A stretch of 63,438 nt of DNA, the filler included, from Phoronis australis (Eukaryota; Animalia; Phoronida): assembly GCA_002633005.1 (NCBI GenBank). It is 9 parts of 9 records of this genome, joined end to end, with 100 filler letters (N's around TTAATTAATTAA, not from the genome) between each part and the next. Parts side by side here need not be neighbours in the genome. Positions count along the whole stretch, not along the records: positions 36,838 to 43,781 come from NMRA01000547.1; positions 43,882 to 45,895 come from NMRA01003892.1; positions 45,996 to 49,864 come from NMRA01002798.1; positions 49,965 to 55,398 come from NMRA01002339.1; 5 more parts are not named here. One strand, written 5' to 3'. The notes beneath the pieces were generated by a model. The model was not told where the DNA came from, made no database searches, and saw only the letters and a program-made list of their open reading frames with translations. This document shows positions 39,200 through 51,700 of the stretch, piece after piece. How positions within the stretch are numbered: the stretch's first letter is position 1; the number at the start of each line of letters is the position of its first letter. A program made the translations under genes and the position numbers.

Positions 39200-40660
39200 A
39201 CTAGGGTAGCCACAATAGTCAAAAGCAAACGCAAATCAACGTCAGTCGGAGTCTTTGCACAAGGAACACAATCATCTATTTTCATAATGGGGTTTAAGTG
39301 GTTTAGCAAATATAGAGGCGGAAGTCAAAAACAAGGGTAAAAATCTGTAAATGACCACCAGGTGGCGCAGAAAAATCAAAGCTGTCCGAAAGTAGGAAGG
39401 CATTGTCATCTCCTAAGATACATAGGCAAATTTAAAAGCATTTTTCCACTAGGGGGCACAGTGGTATTTGGATCAGTTCGACACTTATTATCGTTTATCG
39501 TCGGCTCCTTAAGAACATAATTGATCTCTCAAATTTCACAAAGCTCCTCTAAAGGGTTAAGGAGATTCAGCCTCAGAAACAGAAAACAAAATCGGCAATA
39601 GGGTCTGACACAGTTGTCGCACTGGTCCAAAAGTCAACATCAGTCGTGACCTTCTCATCAGAAACACATCCGTAAATTCCTTTATGATCCTCTTAGCAAA
39701 GACGAGAAAACGACGTAAAAATCACAAAAACGGCAGAAATTACCAAATCTGTCAGAAAGTGGTAATGTGTTGTCGTCTCCTTGATGGAAACTTTAATTAT
39801 TTGCCGAATTTCATGAAAACACATTAATGAACTACGAAAATACAAAGACAGATGTAAACAAGAGCAACGCAGAGCTTTGAAATGCACCCACGACTGCACA
39901 TCAAACAGTGCGCTTCTAGGTGGCGTATTTAAAATCATAGAAATGGTTATTACACGGCACAGAATATATTGAACCTATCCAAAATGAAAAGGGGTCGTTA
40001 TCTCTCAAAGCTATTTGCCAAATTTCATGAAAACCTACCTAAAATCTCCAAAGATACAAACTTAAGACAAATTTCCACTAAGAACCACAGCCACAGATGC
40101 ATAACATGCACTAGGAGGCACCGCAATAGTTGTAAGAACATATAAGACTAATTTCATAATTATCCTCAGAGTAGTTTCGTTAGAAACAGACTCAAATATA
40201 ATAAAAACAACCACTAGGTGGCGTGCACTACGTCAAATCCATATCAAAATAGAACGATGTTATCGCTTAATTCCACAGATCTTACCAAAAACTATAACAA
40301 AGGTCTTGCACAGCCAGGGACACAAAAAGCTGTCACTAGGCAGAACCAATGAATGTAGTTGGAACTTTCTGAAGATCATTGTACGGTAAGGCATCCTTTT
40401 CTCAGTATGAACACATATGTCAATTTTCATAATCATCCTTACAGCGGTTAGGCGGCTACGTGGTGCAAAATACCTCAAATCCATCCAAAAAGGGGAACAT
40501 GTCATCCTTTATTTAATAGAAACCTATTTACCAAACTCCATAAAAACTCCAAGGAAACTAAGGAAAAGGAAAAAAATTACATTGCCACCAGAGGGGACAG
40601 AATTCATTGGATTTGTCAGGTCATCGTTGTCTGTTGTCAACTTCACATAAATACACTTGC
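39200..40660 (+). mobile_element. Older, longer copy of the Helentron-like CTCF-motif family
   Basis: Degenerate modules with CCACCAGGTGGCGC, CCACTAGGGGGCAC, CCACTAGGTGGCGT and CCAAATTTCATGAAAA. Confidence 0.65.
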
Positions 40661-40663
40661 TAT

Positions 40664-41125
40664 GGTGTTTTTTCTATTAATTCGTACATTAGAGTACAAA
40701 TTATTTTTCCCTTGAGAGCTTCGGGTACAAATTAATAGACAAATTGGCCCTTCTAACCTCTTTATTTATAGTCGGTTTGACAAAACAGACAAACACTAGC
40801 CAAAGGCTAATATCACCGGCTGTAGATAATAACATAAACACGTATAAATAATAAAATAATGAAAAAAAAACAAAAAAAAGCAAACATATGACAAAATGAT
40901 AAAAACATGTGAAAGTATGGAACACACGCATACACACACCCACACATACACACCAGATTTAAAATCTCCATACAGTCATACACGGCACCTGCACGGTGGT
41001 TCTGTCCAAGATTTACTAAAATTCTTAAAAAATTTATAATCCATGAACTTGCACTCATTGGGAAGAGAGTTCCAAAGTTTTGCACTGTACATTGGCGCAC
41101 TGTACGAACTATTAGAAAAGAAAGT
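40664..41125. mobile_element. MITE with imperfect TIRs
   Basis: TTTTTTCTATTAATTCGTACA ... TGTACGAACTATTAGAAAAG. Confidence 0.4.
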
Positions 41126-41144
41126 CGAACGTCCGAATTAAAGT

Positions 41145-41645
41145 TAGGGTGAGCAAACCATAATGGCCGATTTTCTGGCAAAATCGGTCATTTTTCTAGA
41201 TTTTCAAACTGTTATATCTCTTTTGATTATTACTCGAATAAAATTGATATGATGATAAACACTGATTCCTCGTCTTTCTATGCATGTCCAACACACATTC
41301 ACTCATCCAAAATGAAATACTAAAATTTTTGACTAAAAATGGCTTATACACGCATTTTCGTCACTTCCGTAAAATTTTGTGACAGCTCAGTGGGGGTCGG
41401 ATTTTCGGGCGTAGCATTGCAGTCCGTGAATGAAATTCCCTGATAAATAAATATCATTTTAAAGTTAAACTACATAAAATTCTGCATTTTTGTCAGAGGG
41501 TGAACCAATTTGAAATGGGAGCATCAAAACCCCTCAACCGTTTTTAAAAAGTCAAAAAGCAGCAAATTATACTCAATGAGAGCTTTCATTTGAATGCCTC
41601 TTCATGTAATATTTCTAAAGTTGAAATTTTGGTTTGCTCACCCTA
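41145..41645. mobile_element. hAT-group MITE (TIR TAGGGTGAGCAAACCA)
   Basis: Perfect 16-bp TIRs flanked by the direct repeat TTAAAGT. Confidence 0.85.
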
Positions 41646-41671
41646 TTAAAGTAGAGATAATAATCTATGAT

Positions 41672-41850
41672 AAGATCGAGGATAACAACCGAGTGCAAAC
41701 GACCGTCTCCGAGATGGTGGTTTGGCAATGTGAATTATAACAAGTAACAAATTATTTTTCCGGGTGATGGATTTACTTCAAAATATAACACTTGAACTCT
41801 TCGTCACTTTATTTTCTTCCCATGTTCGCAAACTTCAGGAACCACAACGC
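41672..41850 (-). mobile_element. Inverted homolog of the element at 36838-37015
   Basis: Shared GGGAAGAAAATAAAGTGAC...TATATTTTGAAGT...AAACCACC.TCTCGGAG. Confidence 0.65.
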
Positions 41851-42202
41851 CTTTGGAAACTCCGCTTTCTGCGATGTCGTCAAAGACGCTACTGATGTCG
41901 TCTGCCGCTGTACTTAGTTTCCGACTCCAGTGCACTAGATAAAACATGTATTCGAAAAAATCAGGCCACAGAAATGTGACGGTGGTTTTGCCAACACTCC
42001 ATTTAAGAGGGAAGCTCTCGGATTTTGAGCAATTCACATACCTCTCGGAAAGGTGTCAAGTTCTCCCTATTTTCATGAAATTCCTCCAGTTACCGAGGAT
42101 GTGTGGCGACGGAAAGTGTGCCTCACAGGGTTTCTTTACTGCCCGTTAGGCTAGCTACTGCATGGGTACGATCTAGCCTTATTGGTACGATATAAATAAA
42201 CA

Positions 42203-42316
42203 TCTTTGCACCGATGTGGGTAAAAAAGTGGTACGATAAAATCTAGTGTCATTAAAAACTAGTCATCCTTGAATAAACTAAATTATTCAACGGTGTTGGA
42301 AAAAATGGCTGGCTAG
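42203..42316 (+). mobile_element. Internally deleted copy of the CTGGCTGGCTA-ending repeat family
   Basis: Starts TCTTTGCACCGATGTGGGTAAAAAAGTGGT and jumps from GGAAAAAATGG to CTGGCTAG. Confidence 0.75.
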
Positions 42317-43472
42317 GTATGATCTTGAAATAATAAAAAAGCACGCCAGGTTTTGTTTTTCGTTTATGGCCCATCAAGCTGGGGTTAACAGATTTTACCA
42401 ATGTCGCTGGCAGTTCTTGTGCGCTCTGATGCTTAATTGAAATTTCTCAAAACTTAATTAGCTTAAACGTAGAGCAGTAGGCACTTACCGTATTTCCTAA
42501 AAAATAAAAGCTGCTATAGAGGAATGTTGGCGGAAATAAGAAACTAACTGACTGCAATAGTATGAAATGCATATTACGATACAATGTCTTGGGGCAAACT
42601 GCTCCGCCTAGGCCTGTCTGTGTAGATCGATATAGTTCCACCAGCTCCATAGCCTGTGGTTACATCCACTAACTAAATGGCCACTATGATCCTGTGCTTG
42701 CCTGGGTCCATTATCGAGCACAACAAAAATAGGTCAAACTTTCAAGCAAGTTTCAAGGGGCCTTCCAATTTGTCTTATAGTAACGCGGCCTGCAAACAGG
42801 TAGTTCAGGAATTAAACAGCCAACTTACCCGAATTAGTGGTTCCGTTCGACATCACTTCAGTACGCAGCTTCAAGAAGTACGTCTTTTCAGAGCACAGCT
42901 TTCAACCAAAAGTCCCCGTATGAACTAGTGCTCAGAGTCACGTCACTTATCCCTCGAGCTTACCATGTATAAACCACACGCAGAGACGAACTAAGACAAC
43001 ACCACATGACGCCACACAACGAGAGAATACCTGCGCGCACAACAGTCTTCCAATCATATGCTTTTGATCTCGTCACTTGAGGTCGAACTCTGGTCAGCTG
43101 TACATGATCGCACATTACCGTCAGAAGCATCTATGTTTACCAAAGATTTTATAGTATCTTTGACTTGTGTTTACTCCGTCTCTAATGTTGCTGTTTTTAG
43201 TTGATGTAAGGGTTCTGAAAATGTTGTCAGCGGCCTTGTGAGCATGCGCATTAAGTTGCCACCCATGAAAGTTTTTTTGTCACTCGTGAATGTTGGCGAT
43301 TGAAATCGGAAAATCTGGAGGTATGTATTGTTTTTATTGGTTTCGATGTCAACAAATGGAAGTATTTAACGTGTTGACATCACATATAAAATATTTGACT
43401 TCAATTTCTGTGAGATTTGACATGCTTGGAGCTGTTCCAGGTGACACCTTTTTGGTGGTATAGTCCGGTTAC

Positions 43473-43506
43473 CTATTTTCGTCAGGCTCCAAAGTTCGTC
43501 CGCCAT
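43473..43506 (-). CDS. Candidate first coding exon (MADELWSLTKI) of an unidentified gene
   Basis: AAGATGGCG start context in a CpG-rich patch, followed by donor TAG|GTAACC. Confidence 0.45.
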
Positions 43507-44132
43507 CTTGTTTCGCGTGCAGCGCAACCACGCGGGACTTAGCGTTCCAATTTGGAGTGCTCGTCTGCACGTTAGGTACTAACTTATCGGAAGAGACACG
43601 TATCAAAGTAATGAGACAAAAATCGGTGAGTTTACCGATTGTTTTTTAAAACCACTTAAAAATCAGTAGATTTTACTAATACACTTTTTTGTGCGTTTTC
43701 AGAAGATGTTTTCGAATTTAAATTTTCTTCCGACGGGACACAAAACATGATCCAGGGTTTGTTTATGCAATGTATCTGTTTNNNNNNNNNNNNNNNNNNN
43801 NNNNNNNNNNNNNNNNNNNNNNNNNTTAATTAATTAANNNNNNNNNNNNNNNNNNNNNNNNNNNNNNNNNNNNNNNNNNNNCGCAAAACCTCGTATAAAA
43901 CGACTATGACCTAATTTGAGTAAGACCCTTTCTTTGAAAGCAAGGCCATAGCTTTTTCTCCAGGATCATTGCACTTTTGAATGTTCCCGGTAAATGCAGT
44001 ATTTCACCTATAAGGCCATGACCCAACTGTACAACACCTGTATTGCTTTCCTTTGTTTTATCTTTGAAAATTCTCAAGGAATGGTTTATTATGGTTATTG
44101 CCAATTGGCAGAAAACACAAAATGATGACTGG

Positions 44133-44400
44133 ACTTACATGCGAAAATATGTTATAGCCTTACATTCGAAGATATGTTAAGGCCTTCTATTTGAAGGAAT
44201 GTTACGGCCTTACATTCGAAGATATCTTAAGGCCTTATATTTGAAGATATGTTAAGGCCTTATATTCGAAGATATGTTAAGGCCTTATATTCGAAGATAT
44301 GTTAAGGCCTTATATTTGAAGATATTTTACGGCCTTACATTCTAAGATATGTCATTTACTTATATTCAAAGATAATTTATGGCTATATATTCAAAGACAA
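44133..44400. repeat. 25-bp quasi-palindromic minisatellite (TTAAGGCCTTATATTCGAAGATATG), ~9-10 copies
   Basis: Direct tandem units with 25-bp period (44251, 44276, 44301). Confidence 0.9.
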
Positions 44401-45339
44401 ATGGTCTTATACTCAAAAAGGCCATGGCCTGATATTATATAGCTGGTCTTAAAATACAGTCATCTTGAATTAAAACAGTCACACTCGAATCTCGCACTAT
44501 CTGAACACAATTCTGTAATACTCGGCAAGAACTTTAAATTGATAGCTTTCCTTTTGTGCAACTGGAGTTTCTTGTGTTATTTGTTGACGTCTCACTTTCC
44601 ACAAGTTTTTCTCGGCTACGTTACTATATTCGACCTTCTCATGTCAGCAAAGTTTCACTACTATGCCTCAAGCCGCAACTCTGAGGGCAGAGTTGTATAA
44701 ACTTGACAAGTATCTATGAATGTGCATGTTTTCAGACATGATCCCTAGAATCTGCTTGACAATTCCAAAATGAGGCCAAAGATACACCTTTCCCTACCTC
44801 TAACACAAAGAGAGTTCTACGCCTATATAAGTCTCACCTCTGCCACTAGGACTAGTCGCTCCAGTAGTTCAGCGTGGAATTGTCGTTTACTTTTGTCTTC
44901 AGTCTGTATACAGCTCTGGGCTTTTGTCATAATGTCTGGAATTACAGACATGTGATAGCTTCACAACAAAATACAACAAGAGCAACGCGGAGCGTTGAAA
45001 TGCGCCCACAATTGCACCGCATACAGTATCCTTCTTGGGTTGTTTATTGGTACCATAAAGTGGCCAGTAGAGGGCATACTTTGCAAAATGGAAAGGCATG
45101 GTCATTGTCTCCTCAATAGGCTAGGGGCAAAANTGTGAGTAATCTTCATAATACAAGCACATCCTATACACCAGTTGCTTAAAGCACCACAGAAACATAG
45201 AATTAAAAAACAAATTTACCAACATATGAGATTAGCACAGCATTAGAATGCCAGACACAAATTTCTACTTGGAACTTTTCCTTTATAGTCACGAAGTAAC
45301 ACAAAGTATACACCTGAAGACCTATGAAAATACAGAGAT

Positions 45340-45895
45340 CAATGTAAAATACTAAAATTGCCACTAGAGGCAAATACTAAAATTGCCACTAGAGGCAAAT
45401 ACTAAAATTGCCACTAGAGGCATACCGGTAGTCAGAATCTTCCTAAAGTCGTCATCATCCGTTGTCAACATCACATAAATACACTTGCTAAATTTAGTAA
45501 AGATCCTGCAAACGGTTTGGGAGAAACAGCCATGGGCGCAAAAAAAAACAAAACTGCCACTAGGAGGCGCCACAGTAGTCCAAATCGTCTGAAAATCATT
45601 GTCAGCTGTCTTCCTCACAGTAAGCACATACACGGCAATTTTCACAATCATACTTTGAGCGGTTTGGTTGATAGAGGAGTGGACGCAAAAATACAGACTC
45701 GAAAACAGTAAAAATGGCCACTAGGTGGCGCAAACTATGTCAAATCCATCTGAAAACGGGAGGATAGCATCATCTCACTTATAGGTGCCAACATACCAAA
45801 TTTCATGAAAATCCGTTACGGACTTGTGAAGATACAAAGGTAAGCGTAAAAAAATTAAAATTGCCACTAGGGGGCACACCGGTAGTCGGATCCGT
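45340..45895 (+). mobile_element. Helentron-like CTCF-motif repeat copy
   Basis: Near-identical to 30025-30515; begins with a triplicated AAATACTAAAATTGCCACTAGAGGC unit; cut by the linker. Confidence 0.75.
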
Positions 45896-46037
45896 NNNNN
45901 NNNNNNNNNNNNNNNNNNNNNNNNNNNNNNNNNNNNNNNTTAATTAATTAANNNNNNNNNNNNNNNNNNNNNNNNNNNNNNNNNNNNNNNNNNNNACTTG
46001 CAAAGACATCATTGCATTTGCCTTTATTCGATTTCAG

Positions 46038-46173
46038 GAACCGTCGAATTCTTTGCTCCAAAATACCAGCACCCGACCTCAGCGTGTTTGATTCGTCCTC
46101 TTCCAAGCGCGTTGATTACACGGATTTCTGGGAATGGTTTAATGGAGGTGATACCTATTCAGACTGGTCGTAA
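46038..46173 (+). CDS. Last exon of an animal heme peroxidase-like gene
   Basis: tttcag| then NRRILCSKIPAPDLSVFDSSSSKRVDYTDFWEWFNGGDTYSDWS*. N.R..C..IP..DLS.(W/F) is the usual end of the peroxidase domain. AATAAA near 46363. Confidence 0.55.
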
Positions 46174-47347
46174 CGCAACGCCGAATGTCACTCAAGATCC
46201 TAGCTTGGTATCCCATCTATGGGATCGAAATGCAAGTCTGAAAAGAGTGGTTCAACTCAGACAAATATTCGACATTCTGCTTTTTACTACAATAAGCTGT
46301 AAACACCGAAAAACGATTTATTTACTTACTTTAAGTGGACATTGTTGGTGAACTGTGTACAAAATAAAGGACGGTTGTAGTTAGAATTTCTACACTTGTC
46401 TTAGTAAAAATAAAAACCGGAGTTTCAACTTTAAAAGGCGACGAGGAGCGTCATTCACTTCCCTCGATTGCTATCGCAGACAAACCAGAGCTGACGAATT
46501 TGCAACAATCCCGCGTTCTGTCAAAGGTTTACTTTGATTTAGCTAACGTACATGTACGTTTCAAAACTGGCCCTTGCGTTTTTTAAGCTGAGGTTGGAAG
46601 TAATTTGTTACATAGGATCGACACTTCATTAATGCTTGAGACCGGTTGACAAAATAGGTTGGTTTTTAAACTGGATTATGGAAAGAGCACTGAGTGGTAC
46701 AGAAACTCGTCATTTTTGTTCTCCATGCACACAAAAACAATGAGTGCACGTTGTTTATAAGTAATCGCACATCGCAAATGGTTTTTCCAACACTTCCGAG
46801 ATAATCTGATGCTAAAATGAGATCGAGGCCACTTTAAGTGACGACGACTTTTCCATGTAAGTTATTATGGTATTACCTTAGACTAAGGTAACGCTAAGGT
46901 GGCTTCGATTTAGGAGATTAATGTGTATTTTGAGTGTGAAGCGAACTAGAAGTGACCTTGAGATAAGGCGGCTTCGAGTTAGTAACCCAGTTCATTATGT
47001 ACATGTATACATGTACACTCAGATCACACACACGCAAACACAATCAACACACCAAACACACACACGCACACTTTCTAAACACTTTCCACACACCATGGAG
47101 TAAGTTGGACGATTCTAAAACCATATTCCCAATTATAAAAACAAGCTCGCATAAAGAAATCTATCACAGAAGAGAAAATTGACCATGTAGACGAGATGTA
47201 GATTCTCGTGTATGGCGTGCGGATATTTTAGATATCGCAAGATATCGTGAACCTGTACATAACCAGGTGTTCCCTGCTGAGTATTGCCAACAGGTATAGC
47301 AGTTACGTGTAACAGTATTAGTCTGACTTTTTACGGCAGAGTGAGAA

Positions 47348-47933
47348 ATGACCCTCTTAAAATGTGTTTTCCAATGGAATGCCGTGTTTAGTTTAACCAG
47401 TGTCCTGGTCAGTGCAGATCACTGGTCAGCAGTACCCGTCAACACCAATGGTAACGACCAGCAAATCATAGCGCTGGCCAGTGAGCTTGAACAGGTCCAG
47501 CAAAACCTCAAAGTGATTGTGACAGCCAGCATTAATGAACTGAAAGCAGACATTGGACAAGCTCAGGGAAAAACTCAACAATGTTCCACGTCTTCAAGCG
47601 ATAGCACCTGTCAAAGTACAGCGACAAAATTTCAGAAGTACGCTAAACAACTCTACAATGGATGTCCAAGTAATTACCAACGTTTCCAGAATAGCTGTTA
47701 CAAAGTTTTTACGGACATCATCGATTGGTGGTCGGCGTTTAGAGAATGCGACAGAGAAGGCGCTGACCTTATGTCTATTCAGACGCCTGCGGAAAACAAC
47801 TTTGTGGAAGGATTAATGTCAAGATACCGCATGAAGCTCGCGTGGACAGCGGGTAACGATCAAGAACGAGAGAACTCCTTTCAATGGGGAACCATGACCT
47901 CAACGGCTATCAACTTTTACAACTGGAAACAAG
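47348..47933 (+). CDS. Secreted C-type lectin (signal peptide, coiled-coil, CTLD), first coding exon
   Basis: CPSNYQRFQNSCYK, W..A..EC...GADLMSI, ENNFV, W.AGND...E..FQW, FYNW; donor AAG|GTAAGA at 47934. The last exon was not found. Confidence 0.9.
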
Positions 47934-48497
47934 GTAAGAAAAAACTTCCGCAGTCGGGTTTAGACGTTGACAACAGATCAAGCCCGTGCACGACTCCGTG
48001 AACTTTGGCCGCATTACTGCTTAGGTTTCATTAATGGCAAATCTACTCTCTAAAATATACGGTTTAATTTGTTCTTATAGAGCTCAAAACAAGGCACCAC
48101 AAGCAATAAACTGTCGAAATCGTGAAATAAAGTAATTTCATGGGCGGCACTCCCCGCCATAGGGGGGGGGGGGGGTTNNNNNNNNNNNNNNNNNNNNNNN
48201 NNNNNNNNNNNNNNNNNNNNNNNNNNNNNNNNNNNNNNNNNNNNNNNNNNNNNNNNNNNNNNNNNNNNNNNNNNNNNNNNNNNNNNNNNNNNNNNNNNNN
48301 NNNNNNNNNNNNNNNNNNNNNNNNNNNNNNNNNNNNNNNNNNNNNNNNNNNNNNNNNNNNNNNNNNNNNNNNNNNNNNGCCTTACGAACTGGATCCTCCC
48401 GCGAGAGAAGCGGCCTCGGGCTCGGCGAGTCAACCCAGTCATCCAACAGACGATCCTGAATTAAGAACCCATGTTTCTGAATGATAAATATTGTCCT

Positions 48498-48735
48498 TTA
48501 TTGAACCAGGCCTTCATCGTAACATCTCCTGTGACTGGAGTCGAAACACGAGTCCTCAAAGTGGGCAGAACACAGAGTGGCCCCGAACCGAATAGCTCGG
48601 TCCACGATGAGGTCCCACACTCTCGTTCGGCGCACGAAGAGATGCCGCTTCTGGCAATTTTGGTGTCCTTGGGAACACCGAGACGTTCTCCGCCTGGCTG
48701 CTGTTGCTGCAGCCTCCGGAAACACACCTTTTGAT
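48498..48735 (-). pseudogene. Frameshifted THAP zinc-finger remnant (DNA transposon derived)
   Basis: RCVSGGCSN...VSVFP / PKDTKIAR / KRHLFVRRTRVW...LCSAHFEDSCF read across three frames. Confidence 0.75.
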
Positions 48736-51700
48736 CCCTCTACGAACCTTCTCGACGCTAAATGTACTTTGCTTTCACTTCACTCTATACACTTTGTCTC
48801 TGATCCGAACAGTATGGCGAACGACTTGGGTTCAACCCATGACGTTGTACATAATTATTATTTTTTTCCATTTTTGCGTGTCTCATTATGAGCTGTGCAC
48901 TAAAGGCAGTGAAATCAAGTAAGATATAATAATAAAATTTATTTTGAGGTACTAGAGTCATGTTGTGTACACTTTAAAACTATTAAAACATCAAATGATT
49001 TCCCTTGTATGATAGTACCACGCCGTGTTAATACGCAGACTGGTGAAGTATATATATGCATGGAATCACACCTGGAGATTTAATACTTTTTGCAGATAAT
49101 CACCATTCATGTGTTCTTTCAACACATTTTTACTCAAGTATGCATGTTCTTGTGCATGTAGGCGCATTATCCTAAGCGTCACGTAAAGGTGCAGACCACG
49201 TGTTCTTCACGGCATCAGAACTGCTTCCCTGTATCGAAGATTCGCTGATCCTGAGGTGCACTAGTCCGATATTTGTCGTGAGATGCACTTGTCCAAAGGT
49301 TTGCCAGTACTCAAGAACTTAACCGCAAAGCATTACTTCACTACATCGGGTTTTGATGATCGACCGCCAAACAAATTTTCTTGTTTTGTGAGCCGGAAAT
49401 CGTCACCGGCAACCAATCAAATGTTTGGCGGTTGTTCAGGCGTAGGCTGGGAGGGGGGAAGGGGGTGAATCAAGTGCAGTCAAGGAATTTAAAGAACGAT
49501 GTGACATGAATGCTTATCATTTGTGGAAAAAGTAAAATTAATTCAAATAAACAAAGTTTTTTTAAATTGAAATTTGGGAAATTCCTTTTCAAATTGCCTC
49601 GGCGAAATTCCTATCTCTGCGTAACCTTTCGTGTTTAAAGATTTTAGAAGTTTCGTGAGCCATAATCCACGATCAACATTGAATTAATTATGCTTGTTTT
49701 CTTTACGGCGCGTGCCGCACTAGTTCATACGCAGAAGTATTTTTGAAAATGTTTAGCGGTTGAAAAATGGTACATTCTCTCAATGACTTCCTTGATCTAG
49801 CCAATTTCTCAACATGTCCTATATCCCATCTCTAGAGGCACGTCTCAATACTTCAGCGTTGTGCNNNNNNNNNNNNNNNNNNNNNNNNNNNNNNNNNNNN
49901 NNNNNNNNTTAATTAATTAANNNNNNNNNNNNNNNNNNNNNNNNNNNNNNNNNNNNNNNNNNNNAAGGCTTCACAACCATCAAAACCGAATTAGAAATGT
50001 TGACCTAGCAAAAATACACTTATCATCTGTAGTAGGTGAATAAATTTCTTTTGTATTGATATTCGATTTTTAAAAGCTCCATGTCGATCTACTTACCTTC
50101 TTGAAAACGAAAATCGAATCGATCAGTCACCTTAGCTAAATAGCCTGATACTGAGGTATTGTTACTTTCGAATTTAAGAGGGTTGCAAAGAATTCATAAA
50201 ACATTTTTTTGTTATTTTTTATTGTATTGCAGATAATAAATTATTCAAAGGGTCCTATAAGCAGAAGACAAGTATGCAGTCTGTGTTATATTATCAGTAC
50301 TGCCAGTGCGCATTTACTGCAAACTACCTCCAGCGCCGTACACACATCTCTACGGAGAGTGTCGGGTAAATACTATGTGTTGTAACTGAAAAAACCCGTA
50401 GGAGGGTGCTGCGCCGCCCATGATGGTACGTCAAAATCATCTTTTATGGTATAAAAAATGACGCAAAAAAACCTTCCATGGGCTACAAAATCTGGAGAAA
50501 TGCCATCACCTACTAATTGAATGTTGTAACAGATGTTTTGTCTTCGCGGAAACTTCGGTTACAGTTCCGTCTATTTCGTAAGCAGAAAAGACACATAACG
50601 TCACAAGTCACTATATTGAGGTCGGGCAAGTTGGGAAATTCCACTTTGTTGTGGTCATGGTTTGAACGGGTGTACTCACTTCCAAGCTCCGGCCTTAGCT
50701 CAGGCTAGGAACCTGAGTACTGGTTCCTGGGCTCAGGGTACGCTGTCTTTGGTGCCGTTTCAAAATCCATTGTCGAAACACGGATGCCCGAGTTTCTGGT
50801 AACCAAATTCCTCCAGCAGAGGGTAACTGATATGTAACTGCCCGACTTTCACCAACCTAAGTCAAAATCCAACGAAACCATTTTTGGAAAATTGTACCCC
50901 ATGCACTTTGCTGTTTAGGGGTCCCGGAATGTTTCTGCCTGCTACTAAATTCAATGAAGCATCACCAGACACGATTCGCTTCTTTTTCTCAAAATCGTCT
51001 TTGAATAATAAACAATACCAGAAGAGAATAACCTTCACAAGCTGAGCCGTCACATGACACAACCGACTAGAGGCTCTCTTTGCGCCGTGCTTTTTCCGGC
51101 GGTTCACTGGCGAGTTGAGTTGCTAGATTGTTTTTTTTTTTTGAAATCCTTAATTCACTGTATGGAACTTGATTTCCGAAGACATGCGCGCAAACAGCTG
51201 ACGGGCAACCGTGGGAATATTGAACGGGTCATCCGGCAAGGGGATTTCGGAGCTCTCTCAGAAAATTTCAGATATTACGTTCGGATTAAAATCGTGTAAC
51301 GTGATTTCTTGTTCCAGAGGTAACCTGTTGCGTTTTCAAAAAAAAATGTATTATTGCAATTCTTTGAAAAAATATCAATAATAAGGTTGTCATAAACTCA
51401 TCTAGAAAATTGCCCGTTTGTAAAATTCATGACGAATAATAAACACATCCGTGGGCGTCACGGTGGCTGCCTCAACGGGCCCCTGTCGACAACCTTGCTG
51501 CCGGGGAGGGGCCACTAAATATGAAAAGATGTAATTTCAAAAACAAGAAACGAACAACAAACGGGCGGAGCTTGTGATAATCAAGGCCCTCTCTCTCCGC
51601 CGGCCAGTTATGAACAAAAGTTGTCCACTGAAGTAAGCCGGCACGTCATTTGCTCCACTGATTCTAGCAGTTAAAATTACAAATCTGAAGCCTCGCCGGA

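Noticed and set aside
41804-42037. Exon-like ORF STAADDISSVFDDIAESG...
   Set aside because: It overlaps the inverted TE copy homologous to 36838-37015.
44133-44400. CRISPR-like periodic palindromic repeats (also 32348-33592)
   Set aside because: There are no unique spacers or cas genes and the context is eukaryotic; these are plain minisatellites.
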